From Thermoprotei archaeon (GTDB lineage: Archaea > Thermoproteota > Thermoprotei > Thermoproteales > B15-G16): DNA of 64,000 bases. Positions 50,030 to 60,700 of the stretch are shown here, piece after piece. The notes beneath the pieces are model-generated. The model was not told the origin of the DNA and made no database searches. It worked only from the letters and a program-made list of their open reading frames with translations. A program made the position numbers and the translations under genes. The stretch lies in the NCBI GenBank assembly GCA_003649205.1, contig QMRC01000003.1:160001-224000 (forward strand), given 5' to 3'. Numbering within the stretch: position 1 is the first letter of the stretch; each line of letters begins with the position of its first letter.

Positions 50030-51085
50030 ATGAGAGAGGTCATAACAGAGGGTATCAGAGGTATCGTATTCAAGAAGTTAATCACCGAGGTAGAGCTAGA
50101 GGCACCACCTGACTTCAAGATCAAGAAATCAATTATCGAGTACAGACAAGATCCCTTTACAGATCTCTGGGTGAGGATCAGTGTAGAGCGTGCAATGAGA
50201 CCAAGACAAGTACCACTAACACCACCTGAAGTAGAGAGCTGGAAAAGAAAAGACTACGACGAGAAATGCCCCTTCTGCACAGTAGAGAGATCAACACCAA
50301 AGTACCCACCACATATACTGGAGGAAGGTAGGTTAATCGAGAAATCACAGTACCTATTCCCAAACCTATACCCCTTCGCAAAGTACCACGCAGTAGTAAC
50401 ACTAACACCAAAACACTTCAAGGAATACCAAGAACTCACTACCGAGGAGTGGTATCACGCACTACACCTCTCTATAGAGTACTTCAGGAAGATATCTACT
50501 AGGGACAGAGAAGTGAGGTACTTCACCATAAACCTAAACTACCTAGCACCAGCAGGAGCATCAATACTACATCCACACCTACAGCTAGTAGCTGACGTAA
50601 AGCTAGGAAACTACACAGCACTACTCCTACAGAAGTACAGGGAATATAGGAGTAAGTGGGGCACAGACCTCATTCAGGACCTAGTGGAGTCTGAAGAGAA
50701 GCTAGGTGAGAGATTCCTATGGAGAGGTAAATTAGTGACCTGGATCGTAGCCTATGCACCTTGGATACCTGGCGAAATTATAGGCACAGCTCAGGTAAGT
50801 GACATAAGGGAGCTAAGTGATAGCGAAGTAAGGTACCTAGCTGAAGACATAAAGAACCTACTCAACCCCTACAGACAAGCGGTGAAGACAGATAGCATAA
50901 ACGTGAGCATGTACTCACTACCAGGAACAGACCTACCCCTACTCATAAGGATAGGAGCAAGAAAACCACTACAACCATACTACACAAACGACAGAGGATT
51001 CATGGAAGTACTCCACCAAGAACCAATAACAGACATACTACCAGAAAACCTCACCAAAACACTACGTGAACTAAGAAAGCAGTAA
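50030..51085 (+). CDS. galT: Galactose-1-phosphate uridylyltransferase family protein
   Basis: RQDP..R.MRP; CPFC; PNLYPF; AGASILHPHLQ. Confidence 0.9.
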   Translation: MREVITEGIRGIVFKKLITEVELEAPPDFKIKKSIIEYRQDPFTDLWVRISVERAMRPRQVPLTPPEVESWKRKDYDEKCPFCTVERSTPKYPPHILEEGRLIEKSQYLFPNLYPFAKYHAVVTLTPKHFKEYQELTTEEWYHALHLSIEYFRKISTRDREVRYFTINLNYLAPAGASILHPHLQLVADVKLGNYTALLLQKYREYRSKWGTDLIQDLVESEEKLGERFLWRGKLVTWIVAYAPWIPGEIIGTAQVSDIRELSDSEVRYLAEDIKNLLNPYRQAVKTDSINVSMYSLPGTDLPLLIRIGARKPLQPYYTNDRGFMEVLHQEPITDILPENLTKTLRELRKQ

Positions 51086-51146
51086 CCAAGCACCAAAACA
51101 ACACCCCTTATAGCTTAAATCATACTCAATATCAATGGGGATTTAA

Positions 51147-51551
51147 GTGGAGGTAAATCCCATCATCAAAGCTAGAGTAGTCATTAAAGGAAGTAGAAGA
51201 GTTACTGAAGGTAATGTACTAGTTGATACAGGAGCTACATACAGCATAATTGATGAGGAGCTAGCTAATGAAATTGGTGTAAAGCTACTGGAGAGACCAG
51301 AGAGGATATTGTTGAGAGGTATTTGCTGTCAGATTGAAGGTAGGCTATGTGTAATCGATACGTTGATTATAGAGGACATCACTGTAGGACCTTCAGTGGC
51401 GGTCTTAACTAGGTTAAGTACTGAAGTCAAGGAGATACTGAAGAGTTACGAAGTCCTGAACACTTTCATACTTGGTCTCCGTGATATTGTTGGATTTACC
51501 ATTGATGTGAAGTCAGGTAGATTGAAATGGGTTGGATATCTAGCGCTGTGA
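51147..51551 (+). CDS. Retropepsin-like aspartyl protease
   Basis: LVDTGAT; FILG. Confidence 0.8.
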   Translation: MEVNPIIKARVVIKGSRRVTEGNVLVDTGATYSIIDEELANEIGVKLLERPERILLRGICCQIEGRLCVIDTLIIEDITVGPSVAVLTRLSTEVKEILKSYEVLNTFILGLRDIVGFTIDVKSGRLKWVGYLAL

Positions 51552-51597
51552 TACCACCTCTGAATTAGCTAGCATGGTTCATCTGTGGTGAAACGTA

Positions 51598-52953
51598 ATG
51601 AGATACTACGTGTTTGTGCTTGTACTCATCACGCTACTACCAATAATGAGTGTCTTACATCTACGCTTAGCTACCTTATCTTCCAGTGAAGGACAATGTG
51701 CTAGTGCAGAACAGGTCAAGTACCTTAAGGTATATGTTCTAAGCTGTAAAGACTTGGTGCCCTACTACATGTCACTACTTAATCAAGTCAAGAAGTTAGT
51801 ACCTACTGTTAAGGTGTGTGTACTCTACTACCTAGATCACAGGTATCTACAGTGGGCAAATCTGACGCTCATTGACTCTAATTGGTTGTTAAGGCAAGAT
51901 AACTACACAATCACGGATCTGAGCAAGGTAACTGCTAGCTACCTCATGAACTATGGAGTACTTGTAATCTACGGTAATACCACGCACATTGTAGCATCGA
52001 AGCTACTGAGTAATTTTGTTCTCAACAACTTAACAATAGCCATAACCGAGGACGTTGAATTGAGGAAAGGTGTTAAAGTACCTAGCTTTAGTCTTGGGAA
52101 TAATACCATAGCTCTTGGACTAGCTATACTGAGGATTGGTGAGCTAAGAGCTATACCAGGGTACTTCAGATATATCGCGAAGGGTGATTGGGCATATAGG
52201 GAGGATACCCTTAAGAGTGTTGCAGTGAAGTTAGTGAAGTACATTATTGAGGTATTGAAGACTAGGAAGTCCAATGCACTTAGGGTACACACCCATGCAT
52301 CTAGATTCAATCCAGCAACATGCTACATTCCTCAGGATGTCGTTGAGATTGTTGGATATGAATTCATGGGCTACGTCTACAACGTCCTAGGGATAACGTA
52401 TGAAGAGCAAGTAGTTGGCGAATATACTCATTACGATAAAGTTTACTGCTATGTGACGTATAGCGGACCAGATTTCGTAATTGTTTCTGTCCAATGGCTT
52501 GAAGGCGAGAGCGGTTGGTCCCCTTACGAATGGTACACATATTATAATTCACTATACGATATGTATGATGAGCAGTTGATAGTAACTTACAGACCACAGG
52601 GAACAAAATCTTGGATTCAATCCATTACATTCACAATAGGCTTCGGCCCACCATACGTAGCTGTATCGTTTAGTGTAGCTCCTGACTATCTATGGTACTC
52701 CGCCGATTCTGATATACCACGTTGGTGTGAAATCACGTATCAGCTATTAACTAATGCACCAAATGCAGAGAAAGAAACTGATTTCGCTATTGAGGGTTTT
52801 CTAGACATCTCACGAGGTAGTGAACCATATATCTGGTCAGTGAAGAAAGTAGCGACAGTGGTCCTAGAACTACCAATGTTCACGATTACAGCGAGCACGA
52901 GCGACAGTTACTATCTAGTTACATGGTCTGATAGAGAGCCTGGAAGATGGTGA
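51598..52953 (+). CDS. Secreted hypothetical protein
   Basis: Signal-like N-terminus; Tyr/Trp/Thr-rich C-terminal half. Confidence 0.65.
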   Translation: MRYYVFVLVLITLLPIMSVLHLRLATLSSSEGQCASAEQVKYLKVYVLSCKDLVPYYMSLLNQVKKLVPTVKVCVLYYLDHRYLQWANLTLIDSNWLLRQDNYTITDLSKVTASYLMNYGVLVIYGNTTHIVASKLLSNFVLNNLTIAITEDVELRKGVKVPSFSLGNNTIALGLAILRIGELRAIPGYFRYIAKGDWAYREDTLKSVAVKLVKYIIEVLKTRKSNALRVHTHASRFNPATCYIPQDVVEIVGYEFMGYVYNVLGITYEEQVVGEYTHYDKVYCYVTYSGPDFVIVSVQWLEGESGWSPYEWYTYYNSLYDMYDEQLIVTYRPQGTKSWIQSITFTIGFGPPYVAVSFSVAPDYLWYSADSDIPRWCEITYQLLTNAPNAEKETDFAIEGFLDISRGSEPYIWSVKKVATVVLELPMFTITASTSDSYYLVTWSDREPGRW

Positions 52954-52987
52954 AGGGGATTAGGAGGCTTTGAGCTTCGGAGATTTC

Positions 52988-54427
52988 CTAAGTTTGAAAC
53001 GGTGTTTTTATCGATAATTCTCTCGGTTCTATAACTCTCCTAAGCCACGTCCCCCTCGATATCCACGCTAGAGATAGTAAGCCAGCAGCTACGTTACTCA
53101 CCGACATCGCCACCCAAATACCTGTCGACCCCATACCTAGGTACAGTGCAAGCAGTACCGATAAACCTATCCTAAATAGCCACAGCCTCACTACAGATAT
53201 CACAGTCATAGCCTCAGGGTGGCCAGAACCCTGGGCAACACCATTACACACGAAGAAGATACCAAAGAACGGAATACTCCAGACGAAGTAACTCAAGAAT
53301 ACGTCCCCCTCCTCAATGACAAGGGGATCAGGTACAAAGAATGATATTACAGCATCCCTAAACACATATATGGCGATAGCTCCCACCCCCAGGATTGAGG
53401 TTACGAGAGTTATTGACGTTCTTGAGATCCTCTTCGCTCGATCATAGAGTTCAGCACCAACACACTGACCCACCATAATCGAGGTAGCTCTCTGAATACC
53501 CATCGTAAACGCCTGTACGATATCTACAATCCTGATACCTATCCCATACGCAGCAACTGCTACGGAGCCAAATCGAGACACTATACTCATCATGACAGTG
53601 AAACCCAGCGCGTTCGAAGATGACTGGATGTATATGGGTACAGCTATGGAAACCACCTTCCTGAGCCACCACCTCTCAATCCTCATACACCTGAGACGCA
53701 ACTTAATCCCATGAACTCCCCTTACAAGCATGTAGAGACCTACAAACGAAACAATCCCCCTCGCCAACAGTGTTGCTAGCGCAGCCCCTACAACACCCAA
53801 TGCCGGTAACCCAAAGAGTCCAAAGATGAGTATTGGGTCCAATACGATATTTATCAAAGCCGAGATCAGAACTAACTTCATAGGAGTTCTAGTATCCCCT
53901 AAGGAGTTCAAAATCGCTGAAAACGCAAATCCTAGAAATGCTAGAGGGATACCCGCAAAGATAACCCTAGAGTACGCAACAGCCAACGGATAGATGTCCT
54001 TAGGAACACCCATTAACTTTAGAAGAATGTGAACAGTAGAGACACCTAGCATGCTAATGGATAGAGCTAGTACCGCGAGCAGAGCTACCAACTGACCAGA
54101 ACACCTACTACTCATCTCATAATCTCCAGCACCAAAGTACTGAGATATCAATGCTGTACCCGCCTGAGCAATACTCATACCTATAGCATTGAACAACATT
54201 ATCAAAGGCCAGCTAACTGTGGGTGCTCCGAAAGCATCCCTACCCAACCTACCAAGCCACAACGCATCAACGAGGTTGTAAGTCATCATAGCGAAAGTAC
54301 CTACAATAACTGGCCACGACAACCATAAGAGCGTCCGAACTATCGACCCATTCAGTATCCTCTCTCTATACGTGATGATGGTACTACTAGCCATCCTCTT
54401 CACCTGAACGCTCTCTAGAAGAACCAA
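52988..54427 (-). CDS. MATE efflux transporter
   Basis: YNLVD; GDTRTP; NIVLDP; GAALAT. Confidence 0.93.
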   Translation of the reverse strand: MVLLESVQVKRMASSTIITYRERILNGSIVRTLLWLSWPVIVGTFAMMTYNLVDALWLGRLGRDAFGAPTVSWPLIMLFNAIGMSIAQAGTALISQYFGAGDYEMSSRCSGQLVALLAVLALSISMLGVSTVHILLKLMGVPKDIYPLAVAYSRVIFAGIPLAFLGFAFSAILNSLGDTRTPMKLVLISALINIVLDPILIFGLFGLPALGVVGAALATLLARGIVSFVGLYMLVRGVHGIKLRLRCMRIERWWLRKVVSIAVPIYIQSSSNALGFTVMMSIVSRFGSVAVAAYGIGIRIVDIVQAFTMGIQRATSIMVGQCVGAELYDRAKRISRTSITLVTSILGVGAIAIYVFRDAVISFFVPDPLVIEEGDVFLSYFVWSIPFFGIFFVCNGVAQGSGHPEAMTVISVVRLWLFRIGLSVLLALYLGMGSTGIWVAMSVSNVAAGLLSLAWISRGTWLRRVIEPRELSIKTPFQT

Positions 54428-55204
54428 CTGAGTACAAAAACCTCAGCGCGAGTAAACATTGGAAGTTGAAAACAGTTATTTGAATTTTATTTGAATTTCG
54501 AGTATAGCGCTTATCCCAGTACAGGTATACCATCATTGGTATTGTTGAGGAAGAACCCAGACTTCAACCTATGAAACTTGCTCCACACGCACTTACGACC
54601 CCCCTGTACAGCCACACTCGCTAATGTACGTATGGTTATAGTATCTAAAGCATAGAGCGCACCTACAAAAGCACCAGTTAACTATTTACTCTCAAGTCTT
54701 AACAGTCGCTCCAAGGACGTCGTACTGTATAACCATCAATACACCTATCCACACACTCAAGAAGAGTGTTACTAACCTGTCCATGACTACGGCTAGAGCA
54801 AAAACCAACAATGGAGATAACAGAGAAAACGTTGAGAGGTAAGTTACGACTATAGCTACCACAATTACACCTATCTCTAGAGAAACCCCACCTTACGTAT
54901 TTCCGGAGTTTACACACTATTAGTGAATGTGAGAAATACTCTACCTCCCAACTCCAATAACCTCGAAAATCCTCCAACATCCACCTCGTGTAATCTCATG
55001 AACTCAAACCCAACAACTTACTCAACCGCTATAGGAATTACTATCACAAACCCATTCCAGCCCATGCCGAAGCGCCATAGAGATCTCGATCAGAAATGAC
55101 TTAGTCCTCCTAACTATAGCTCCCACCTTCAGCCCTGAAACTAATTAGGACCTAAACTCGAGAGGAACTAAATAGGTATGTAGTGGGTAGTGGGGATGAG
55201 GTTT

Positions 55205-55282
55205 TGGTGCCCCGGCCGGGATTTGAACCCGGGTCACGGGCTTGAAAGGCCCGCATACTTGACCGGGCTATACGACCGGGGC
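55205..55282 (-). tRNA. tRNA-Glu(TTC), intronless, CCA encoded
   Basis: GCCCCGG acceptor stem; CGGGC-CT-TTC-AA-GCCCG anticodon arm; GGTTCAAATCC; TTTAAAA upstream. Confidence 0.96.
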
Positions 55283-55330
55283 ATCTAGTTGTGTTGTCTT
55301 TAATTGGGTTTTAAAGGTTGCTTTGTGTTG

Positions 55331-55380
55331 TCAGTTGGGCAAGTGCTTCTTCATCTCTCTGCTGCTCAGGTGCTCATCAC
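55331..55380 (-). ncRNA. Box C/D sRNA
   Basis: GTGATGA-gcacctgagcag-CAGA-gag-ATGAAGA-agcacttgcccaa-CTGA. Confidence 0.82.
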
Positions 55381-55429
55381 CTACGCTATTTCTCAGTTAC
55401 TCGTTATTTTAGTCTTAGCCGCTTCCTAT

Positions 55430-55759
55430 CTACCAGTTGCTTCTCCATGGTAGGTACATTGATTCACGTAGGTAGTACCTATTTGTGAGGTACGTATTCT
55501 CTCTCCTCCTACGTACTTCCTCTACGTACTCTCTCGTGAATTCATGTAGTAACTTGATTAGTACGTCTCTCCTCCTCTCACGGTCTTCTCTTAGTCTTTG
55601 TTCGAGTTCTCTACAGTTTAGTCCTCCTGCTGGTGCATATACTTGGTTAAATCTGTAGAGGAGGTAGTTTAGGTAGTTTGGTGTATCTGGTTCTACTCCG
55701 TAGGTTCTCGATACCATTGCTATTAGATCTGCTATCACCATGAGTGCTTCTAGACTCAT
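55430..55759 (-). CDS. Hypothetical protein
   Basis: 109 aa; GGTGA SD upstream. Confidence 0.65.
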   Translation of the reverse strand: MSLEALMVIADLIAMVSRTYGVEPDTPNYLNYLLYRFNQVYAPAGGLNCRELEQRLREDRERRRDVLIKLLHEFTREYVEEVRRRRENTYLTNRYYLRESMYLPWRSNW

Positions 55760-55833
55760 GTCTGTTCACCGCTCTCTAATTTTCTTGAGTAAGGTATTTC
55801 TCTTTCTTCATTGTCTTCTCTTGTCGAGTTGCT

Positions 55834-57084
55834 GTGTGGTGTCTCTGTATGTCTGGTTGGAGGGTTGAGTTGAGAAGGAGAGCTGAGAATGCGTTGAGTA
55901 AGGTACCTCCCTATGGTGTTGATGTTGATTTTAGTGAGTTCATTACTTCTGTTCCTGCTACTGTTGAGGAGAGGAGGATTGAGGAGCTTCCTAGTGGTGT
56001 TGTTGAGAGGGCTAGGGAGTTGGGTGTTGATGTTAGTGAGGAGAGGGTTGGTGGTACGTACTTTCAGCTTGATTACAGCGTTGTGAGGACTTATGTTGTT
56101 GAGAAGTTGAGGAGGTATGGTGTTGTCGTTACGAGTATTGAGGATGCTTTGAAGAAGTTTGATTGGGTTCGTGATTACTATTGGCGTGCTGTACCTGTTG
56201 ATCTCGATAAGTACACTGCTGCTACTGAGCTATATGGTAAGCATGGTTACTTCATCTATGTACCACCTGGTGTTAAGGTTAAGGAGCCTATTCAGGCTTG
56301 TCTCTTCATTCATAGGGAGTCTGTTGCTCAGTTGGTGCATAACGTAATTATCGTTGATGAAGGTGCTGAGCTGAATCTCGTGACAGCATGTGCGTCTTTA
56401 CCTACAAAGGCGCTTCACATAGGTGTCTCTGAGTTCTACGTGAGGAAGAATGCTAAGTTGACATTTACTATGGTTCACTTCTGGGGTCATGAAACTCATG
56501 TTAGGCCTAGGGAAGCAGCTATTGTTGAGGATGGTGGTTTCTTCGTTAGCTACTATGTGACTATGGCTCCTGTCAAATCTCTTCAGATGTACCCAACCGT
56601 TTACTTAGTTGGTAGGGATGCTCAGGCATACCTCACAACTATACTCCTAGCTGGTAGGACTTCGCAATTGGATGTTGGTGGTTGTATTGTGTTTAGTGGT
56701 GATGATACGAGAGGTGAGGTGGTTTCTAGGTCCGTTATTAGGGATGAGGCGTATGTAGTCATGAGAGGTGAGCTTGTTGGTGAGAGGAGGTGTAAGGGTC
56801 ATCTTGACTGTAAGGGTCTCATACTGTCTACAAGGGCTAGAGGTGAGGCAATACCTATGTTGAGGACCTGTACTGAGCTTGCTGAGCTTACTCATGAGGC
56901 TGCTCTCGGTAGAATCTCTAGAGATGAGTTAGAGTACTTGATGTCTAAGGGATTCACTGAGGAGGAAGCTACATCAATGCTTGTTAGAGGATTCCTCGAG
57001 GTAGGTCTCGATAAGATACCATCCCCTGTTAGAGAGTACGTAGCTAATGTACTTGAGGTAATAGCGAAGTATGCGAAAGGCTAA
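55834..57084 (+). CDS. SufB/SufD-family Fe-S scaffold (SmsB-like)
   Basis: PIQAC; HIGVSE; GHLDC.G; LTHEAALG; YLMSKG..E.EA. Confidence 0.9.
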   Translation: MWCLCMSGWRVELRRRAENALSKVPPYGVDVDFSEFITSVPATVEERRIEELPSGVVERARELGVDVSEERVGGTYFQLDYSVVRTYVVEKLRRYGVVVTSIEDALKKFDWVRDYYWRAVPVDLDKYTAATELYGKHGYFIYVPPGVKVKEPIQACLFIHRESVAQLVHNVIIVDEGAELNLVTACASLPTKALHIGVSEFYVRKNAKLTFTMVHFWGHETHVRPREAAIVEDGGFFVSYYVTMAPVKSLQMYPTVYLVGRDAQAYLTTILLAGRTSQLDVGGCIVFSGDDTRGEVVSRSVIRDEAYVVMRGELVGERRCKGHLDCKGLILSTRARGEAIPMLRTCTELAELTHEAALGRISRDELEYLMSKGFTEEEATSMLVRGFLEVGLDKIPSPVREYVANVLEVIAKYAKG

Positions 57085-57098
57085 GCGAGCTAGCGAGT

Positions 57099-57148
57099 TC
57101 AGCTGAGCAACTCCTCCTCATCAATCAGCTAATCCGGGCACTCATCAC
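57099..57148 (-). ncRNA. Box C/D sRNA overlapping the HAD gene stop codon
   Basis: GTGATGA-gtgcccggattag-CTGA-TTGATGA-ggaggagttgctcag-CTGA. Confidence 0.82.
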
Positions 57149-57789
57149 CTAGATCTCGCTAGTTCATCAACTAAGTTGAGTAATTCACGTAAATCTCTAA
57201 TCACATAGTCTGCACCTAGATCATCAGTGACATGTGGTCTCTTCACGATTACAATCTTTACATTTGCTGATCTAGCGCAAACTACATCTATTACCGTATC
57301 ACCAACGTAGATCGATTCCTCTGGTTCAACACCTAGTCTCCTCAATGCCTCAACTATTATGTCAGGGTATGGTTTGGGTCTTTGGACTTCGTCCTGAGCT
57401 ACTACGGCGTCGAAGTACTGAGCAATACCGAAGTAATTCAGCATGAACTCTAGCCTACTCCTGATGTTACCTGAGGCTACTCCAAGCTTAAATCCTCTAC
57501 GACGTAGCTCTGACAATACCTCAATGACGTCTGGATAGAGCTTAACGTACCTACTCCACAGCATCCCCATGTACTGTCTACGAAGTTCAACAAATCTATC
57601 TAGTAAGTTGCTGGGAACACCTACCAATCTAGCAATTTCCCTACTAGGTAAACCTAAAAGTCTCTTCACAGCATCTAGATCAATACCTACTCCAAGTTCT
57701 TTAGCAGCTAACCTAAAGCTCTCTACAACAGCATCCACACTATCAACTAACGTACCATCAACATCGAATACTATGGCCTTTAGCACCAC
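57145..57789 (-). CDS. HAD-family phosphatase
   Basis: FDVDGTL; KPYP; VGD..D. Confidence 0.92.
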   Translation of the reverse strand: MVLKAIVFDVDGTLVDSVDAVVESFRLAAKELGVGIDLDAVKRLLGLPSREIARLVGVPSNLLDRFVELRRQYMGMLWSRYVKLYPDVIEVLSELRRRGFKLGVASGNIRSRLEFMLNYFGIAQYFDAVVAQDEVQRPKPYPDIIVEALRRLGVEPEESIYVGDTVIDVVCARSANVKIVIVKRPHVTDDLGADYVIRDLRELLNLVDELARSR

Positions 57790-57803
57790 ATCACTAACCT
57801 CTA

Positions 57804-58028
57804 CTACTGAGGATTGACGTAGAGTCCACTCCTCTCAATACCTAGCCTCTTCTTAATCTCTTCAAACCACCTCTTCTCCAAAACCTTAACCTTAGTTGAC
57901 CCACAGTAAGGACACTTAACTAAGCTCTCACCCTTTAGAGCCTTAATGATTTCATTCTCGTCAATACTGAAGAAGCCACCTCTACCATCTCTACTACAAG
58001 TAACGCAGAGACAACGTACTCTACCCAT
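57804..58028 (-). CDS. Small Zn-ribbon protein
   Basis: CVTC and CPYC; GGTGA SD. Confidence 0.65.
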   Translation of the reverse strand: MGRVRCLCVTCSRDGRGGFFSIDENEIIKALKGESLVKCPYCGSTKVKVLEKRWFEEIKKRLGIERSGLYVNPQ

Positions 58029-58083
58029 GTAATCACCTTACCACAGCATAGATAAAGACGCTGTAATTAACTTTTACCTCTAG

Positions 58084-58638
58084 GTGATGGAGGTAGTGAC
58101 TAAGGATCGATGTAGGGAGGTGTACACTATTGGGCACTCAAATCGTAGTCTAGAGTCGTTCATTAGTACTCTGATCTTCTACAGAATTGAGTACCTAGTT
58201 GATGTCCGCAGATTTCCTACATCACGTAAGTACCCACATTTCAGCAAGGAGGTTCTCGAGATAGAGCTTAGGAGGAGGGGTATTGAGTACCTGTGGTTAG
58301 GTGAAGGTCTTGGTGGTTACAGGAAGCTACCTCGGGGTACTGAGCTTCATGTTAGAGATGAGTTGAGTAGAGGCTTCTTAGCCTATGTCTATCACATGAG
58401 AACAGAGGTCTTTCGAGTTTACTTCCAGAAGTTACTTGAAGTTATTGGTAGTTATCGTACTGCTATCATGTGCTCTGAGAAGATACCCTATAGGTGTCAC
58501 AGGAAGTTACTCTCAGATTTACTTACGTTACTAGGTTACAGAGTCGTACACATAATCGATAGGGGGACCACCATGGACCATAGATTAACGAGGTACTCTA
58601 GATTAATTCGTGATTTTGTTCACGAGTTCTCTACATAG
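58084..58638 (+). CDS. DUF488 family protein
   Basis: YTIGHS; DVRRFP; LGG; MC.E..CHR. Confidence 0.9.
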   Translation: MMEVVTKDRCREVYTIGHSNRSLESFISTLIFYRIEYLVDVRRFPTSRKYPHFSKEVLEIELRRRGIEYLWLGEGLGGYRKLPRGTELHVRDELSRGFLAYVYHMRTEVFRVYFQKLLEVIGSYRTAIMCSEKIPYRCHRKLLSDLLTLLGYRVVHIIDRGTTMDHRLTRYSRLIRDFVHEFST

Positions 58639-58723
58639 CTATGGTCAGTACCTAGGGGATTGCCTTTGCACTTATGGTTAGGGGAATCGTTATAATGTCT
58701 CTACCCTACTACCTCTAGGTTGG

Positions 58724-59158
58724 GTGCTAGTTATGTGCTCTAGTACTGAGCTGAAGCCTGGTCTCAAGAATGTGATAACTAAGGTTGTTGGTCCTGATCA
58801 CATTGCTGAGTTTCTTGGTAGTGGTGGTGTACCAGTTCTAGCTACTCCCATGATGATTGCGTGGATGGAGGAGTGTGCTAAGCTACTTGTCGACAATTAT
58901 CTCTCACCTGGCCAAGTAACTGTTGGTACTCGTGTTGATGTAGTTCACAAGGCACCGGCGAAAGTAGGTACCAAGGTCACTGTTGAGGCTGAGTTAGTTG
59001 AGGTTAGTGGTAGGAGGTTGCTTTTTAAGGTGAGAGCTTACTCAGGTGATGTAGTTATTGGCGAGGGTACTCACGAGAGATACATAGTTGACCTAGAGAA
59101 GTTTAAAGCGCGTACTGAGGAGCTATCTAAGAGAATGGAGTTTGAGACACCTAGGTGA
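58724..59158 (+). CDS. FlK-like hotdog thioesterase
   Basis: VLATP..ME; TVG..H.AP; G.H.R. Confidence 0.88.
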   Translation: MLVMCSSTELKPGLKNVITKVVGPDHIAEFLGSGGVPVLATPMMIAWMEECAKLLVDNYLSPGQVTVGTRVDVVHKAPAKVGTKVTVEAELVEVSGRRLLFKVRAYSGDVVIGEGTHERYIVDLEKFKARTEELSKRMEFETPR

Positions 59159-59161
59159 TGG

Positions 59162-59731
59162 GTGGTGGTCATGACCGTAATTGAGGGTATTGATGCTGAA
59201 TACGATGCGATCCTGATCACGGCTAAGCTCATGTGCGCAGCAGCTAGGACAGCACCTAAGACACGTGGAATAGATGACATAGTCACCAAGGTCATTACAG
59301 GTGAGGAGATTGAGAGATTAGCGAATTTCATGGAGAAGCTTGGTAAGGAAGTACCGGAGTGGAGTTTCTTCATTAGAGATGCTAGGAGTATCAGAGAGGC
59401 AAAGGCTATTGTCTTAGTTGGCTTGAAGAGTCCTAGAGTTGTTGAGGTCAATTGTGGTGCATGTGGTTTGACATGTAGGGAACTTAGGGAGAGGTCCTGT
59501 AGTGTTGAGGGACCTGCATACAGAGGTCCTATCTGTGCTCTTCAGCTACTGAACCTAGGTATTGCCATTGGGTCTATGGTGAAGGTAGCTTCCGAGATGA
59601 ACATCGATAATAGAATCATGTTCTCAGTAGGCGTAGCAGCTAGGAAGTTAGGGCTGATAGATGCTGATATTGTTGTTGGTATTCCACTAACCTGTAAAGG
59701 TAAGAACCCATTCTTTGATAGGAAGTACTAG
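59162..59731 (+). CDS. DUF2148 ferredoxin-like protein
   Basis: AARTAPK.RG.D; NCGACG..C; DNRIM; K.PFFDR. Confidence 0.85.
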   Translation: MVVMTVIEGIDAEYDAILITAKLMCAAARTAPKTRGIDDIVTKVITGEEIERLANFMEKLGKEVPEWSFFIRDARSIREAKAIVLVGLKSPRVVEVNCGACGLTCRELRERSCSVEGPAYRGPICALQLLNLGIAIGSMVKVASEMNIDNRIMFSVGVAARKLGLIDADIVVGIPLTCKGKNPFFDRKY

Positions 59732-60546
59732 CTAATGTACTTCATGACAGGTACCTCAACCCAAGTACCATGGTATACAGAACCTAGTAAACCCTCTGGC
59801 TCAAGCGGTACCTCACAGTACGGTACATCGTCAGCTCTCGCAGCTAACTCTGTTGCCGAGCAAACTACATCAACTATTCTCCTCCTATCAACACCACGAT
59901 GCACCACATACTCAACGTAGGAGACCCAACCATAAGAAATCACGTGAACTAGACACGTAGACTCCTTATCAACATACACACGACCAGGTGCTGTACTCAA
60001 GTACTTGAGGTACTTCCCCAAGTCAGGATACCACCAGAATAGCTTCCTCCAACCACCTACACTCAATACATCACCTAGATCTCGACCAGTAACCTCACAC
60101 ACCTCTTTTAAAGGACTTAACTCACCAGCAACCCACCAAGTATATGTGACGGAACCCAACCTATGATCAATGTGGTAGCCACGACTAAGAAACCAACTAA
60201 GAGCAGACCCCCTCCTCTTAGCAACATAAGCAACGACCTTACTAACGCCTAGACCCCTAAGCACTTTCTCAACCTCATGAAGTAGAGCAGAACCAATACC
60301 CCGTCCCCTAAAGTCTTCACGAACACCAATCCTATAGATAACACCACAATCGCCAATAGCATCGAAGTGAGCAAAACCAACAACCTCACCATCAACCTCA
60401 CACACCAAGAACCTACCTATACCGTGAAGTATTAACCACCTAAAGAACTCAGGAGGAACCTCCTCCAGATACGGAAACCCCTCATTATTGATACTAGCTA
60501 TGTCAGACACATCACCAACAGAAGCCTCACGAATGAGAAAGTGCAT
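59728..60546 (-). CDS. GNAT acetyltransferase
   Basis: V...FRGRGIGS acetyl-CoA motif. Confidence 0.85.
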   Translation of the reverse strand: MHFLIREASVGDVSDIASINNEGFPYLEEVPPEFFRWLILHGIGRFLVCEVDGEVVGFAHFDAIGDCGVIYRIGVREDFRGRGIGSALLHEVEKVLRGLGVSKVVAYVAKRRGSALSWFLSRGYHIDHRLGSVTYTWWVAGELSPLKEVCEVTGRDLGDVLSVGGWRKLFWWYPDLGKYLKYLSTAPGRVYVDKESTCLVHVISYGWVSYVEYVVHRGVDRRRIVDVVCSATELAARADDVPYCEVPLEPEGLLGSVYHGTWVEVPVMKYIS

Positions 60547-60563
60547 GATAAATCACCACTGAA

Positions 60564-60612
60564 TCAGCTAGGCTACATCTCCTCACACATCAGAACCCCA
60601 ATCCCTCATCAC
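60564..60612 (-). ncRNA. Box C/D sRNA
   Basis: GTGATGA-gggattggggtt-CTGA-tgt-GTGAGGA-gatgtagcctag-CTGA. Confidence 0.85.
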
Positions 60613-60700
60613 ACAAACACCCACAACCAACGGGCCTTAATAAGCTAACTCACAAACACAAGAAATTTCAATAACAGAACGAGAAACCTCATGAGAAAGC

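Noticed and set aside
54430-55204. Integrated element at the tRNA-Glu 3' end, ORF 54699-54980, and a TGAFVGALY fragment
   Set aside because: No integrase or duplicated att site seen; it looks like decayed sequence that cannot be assigned.
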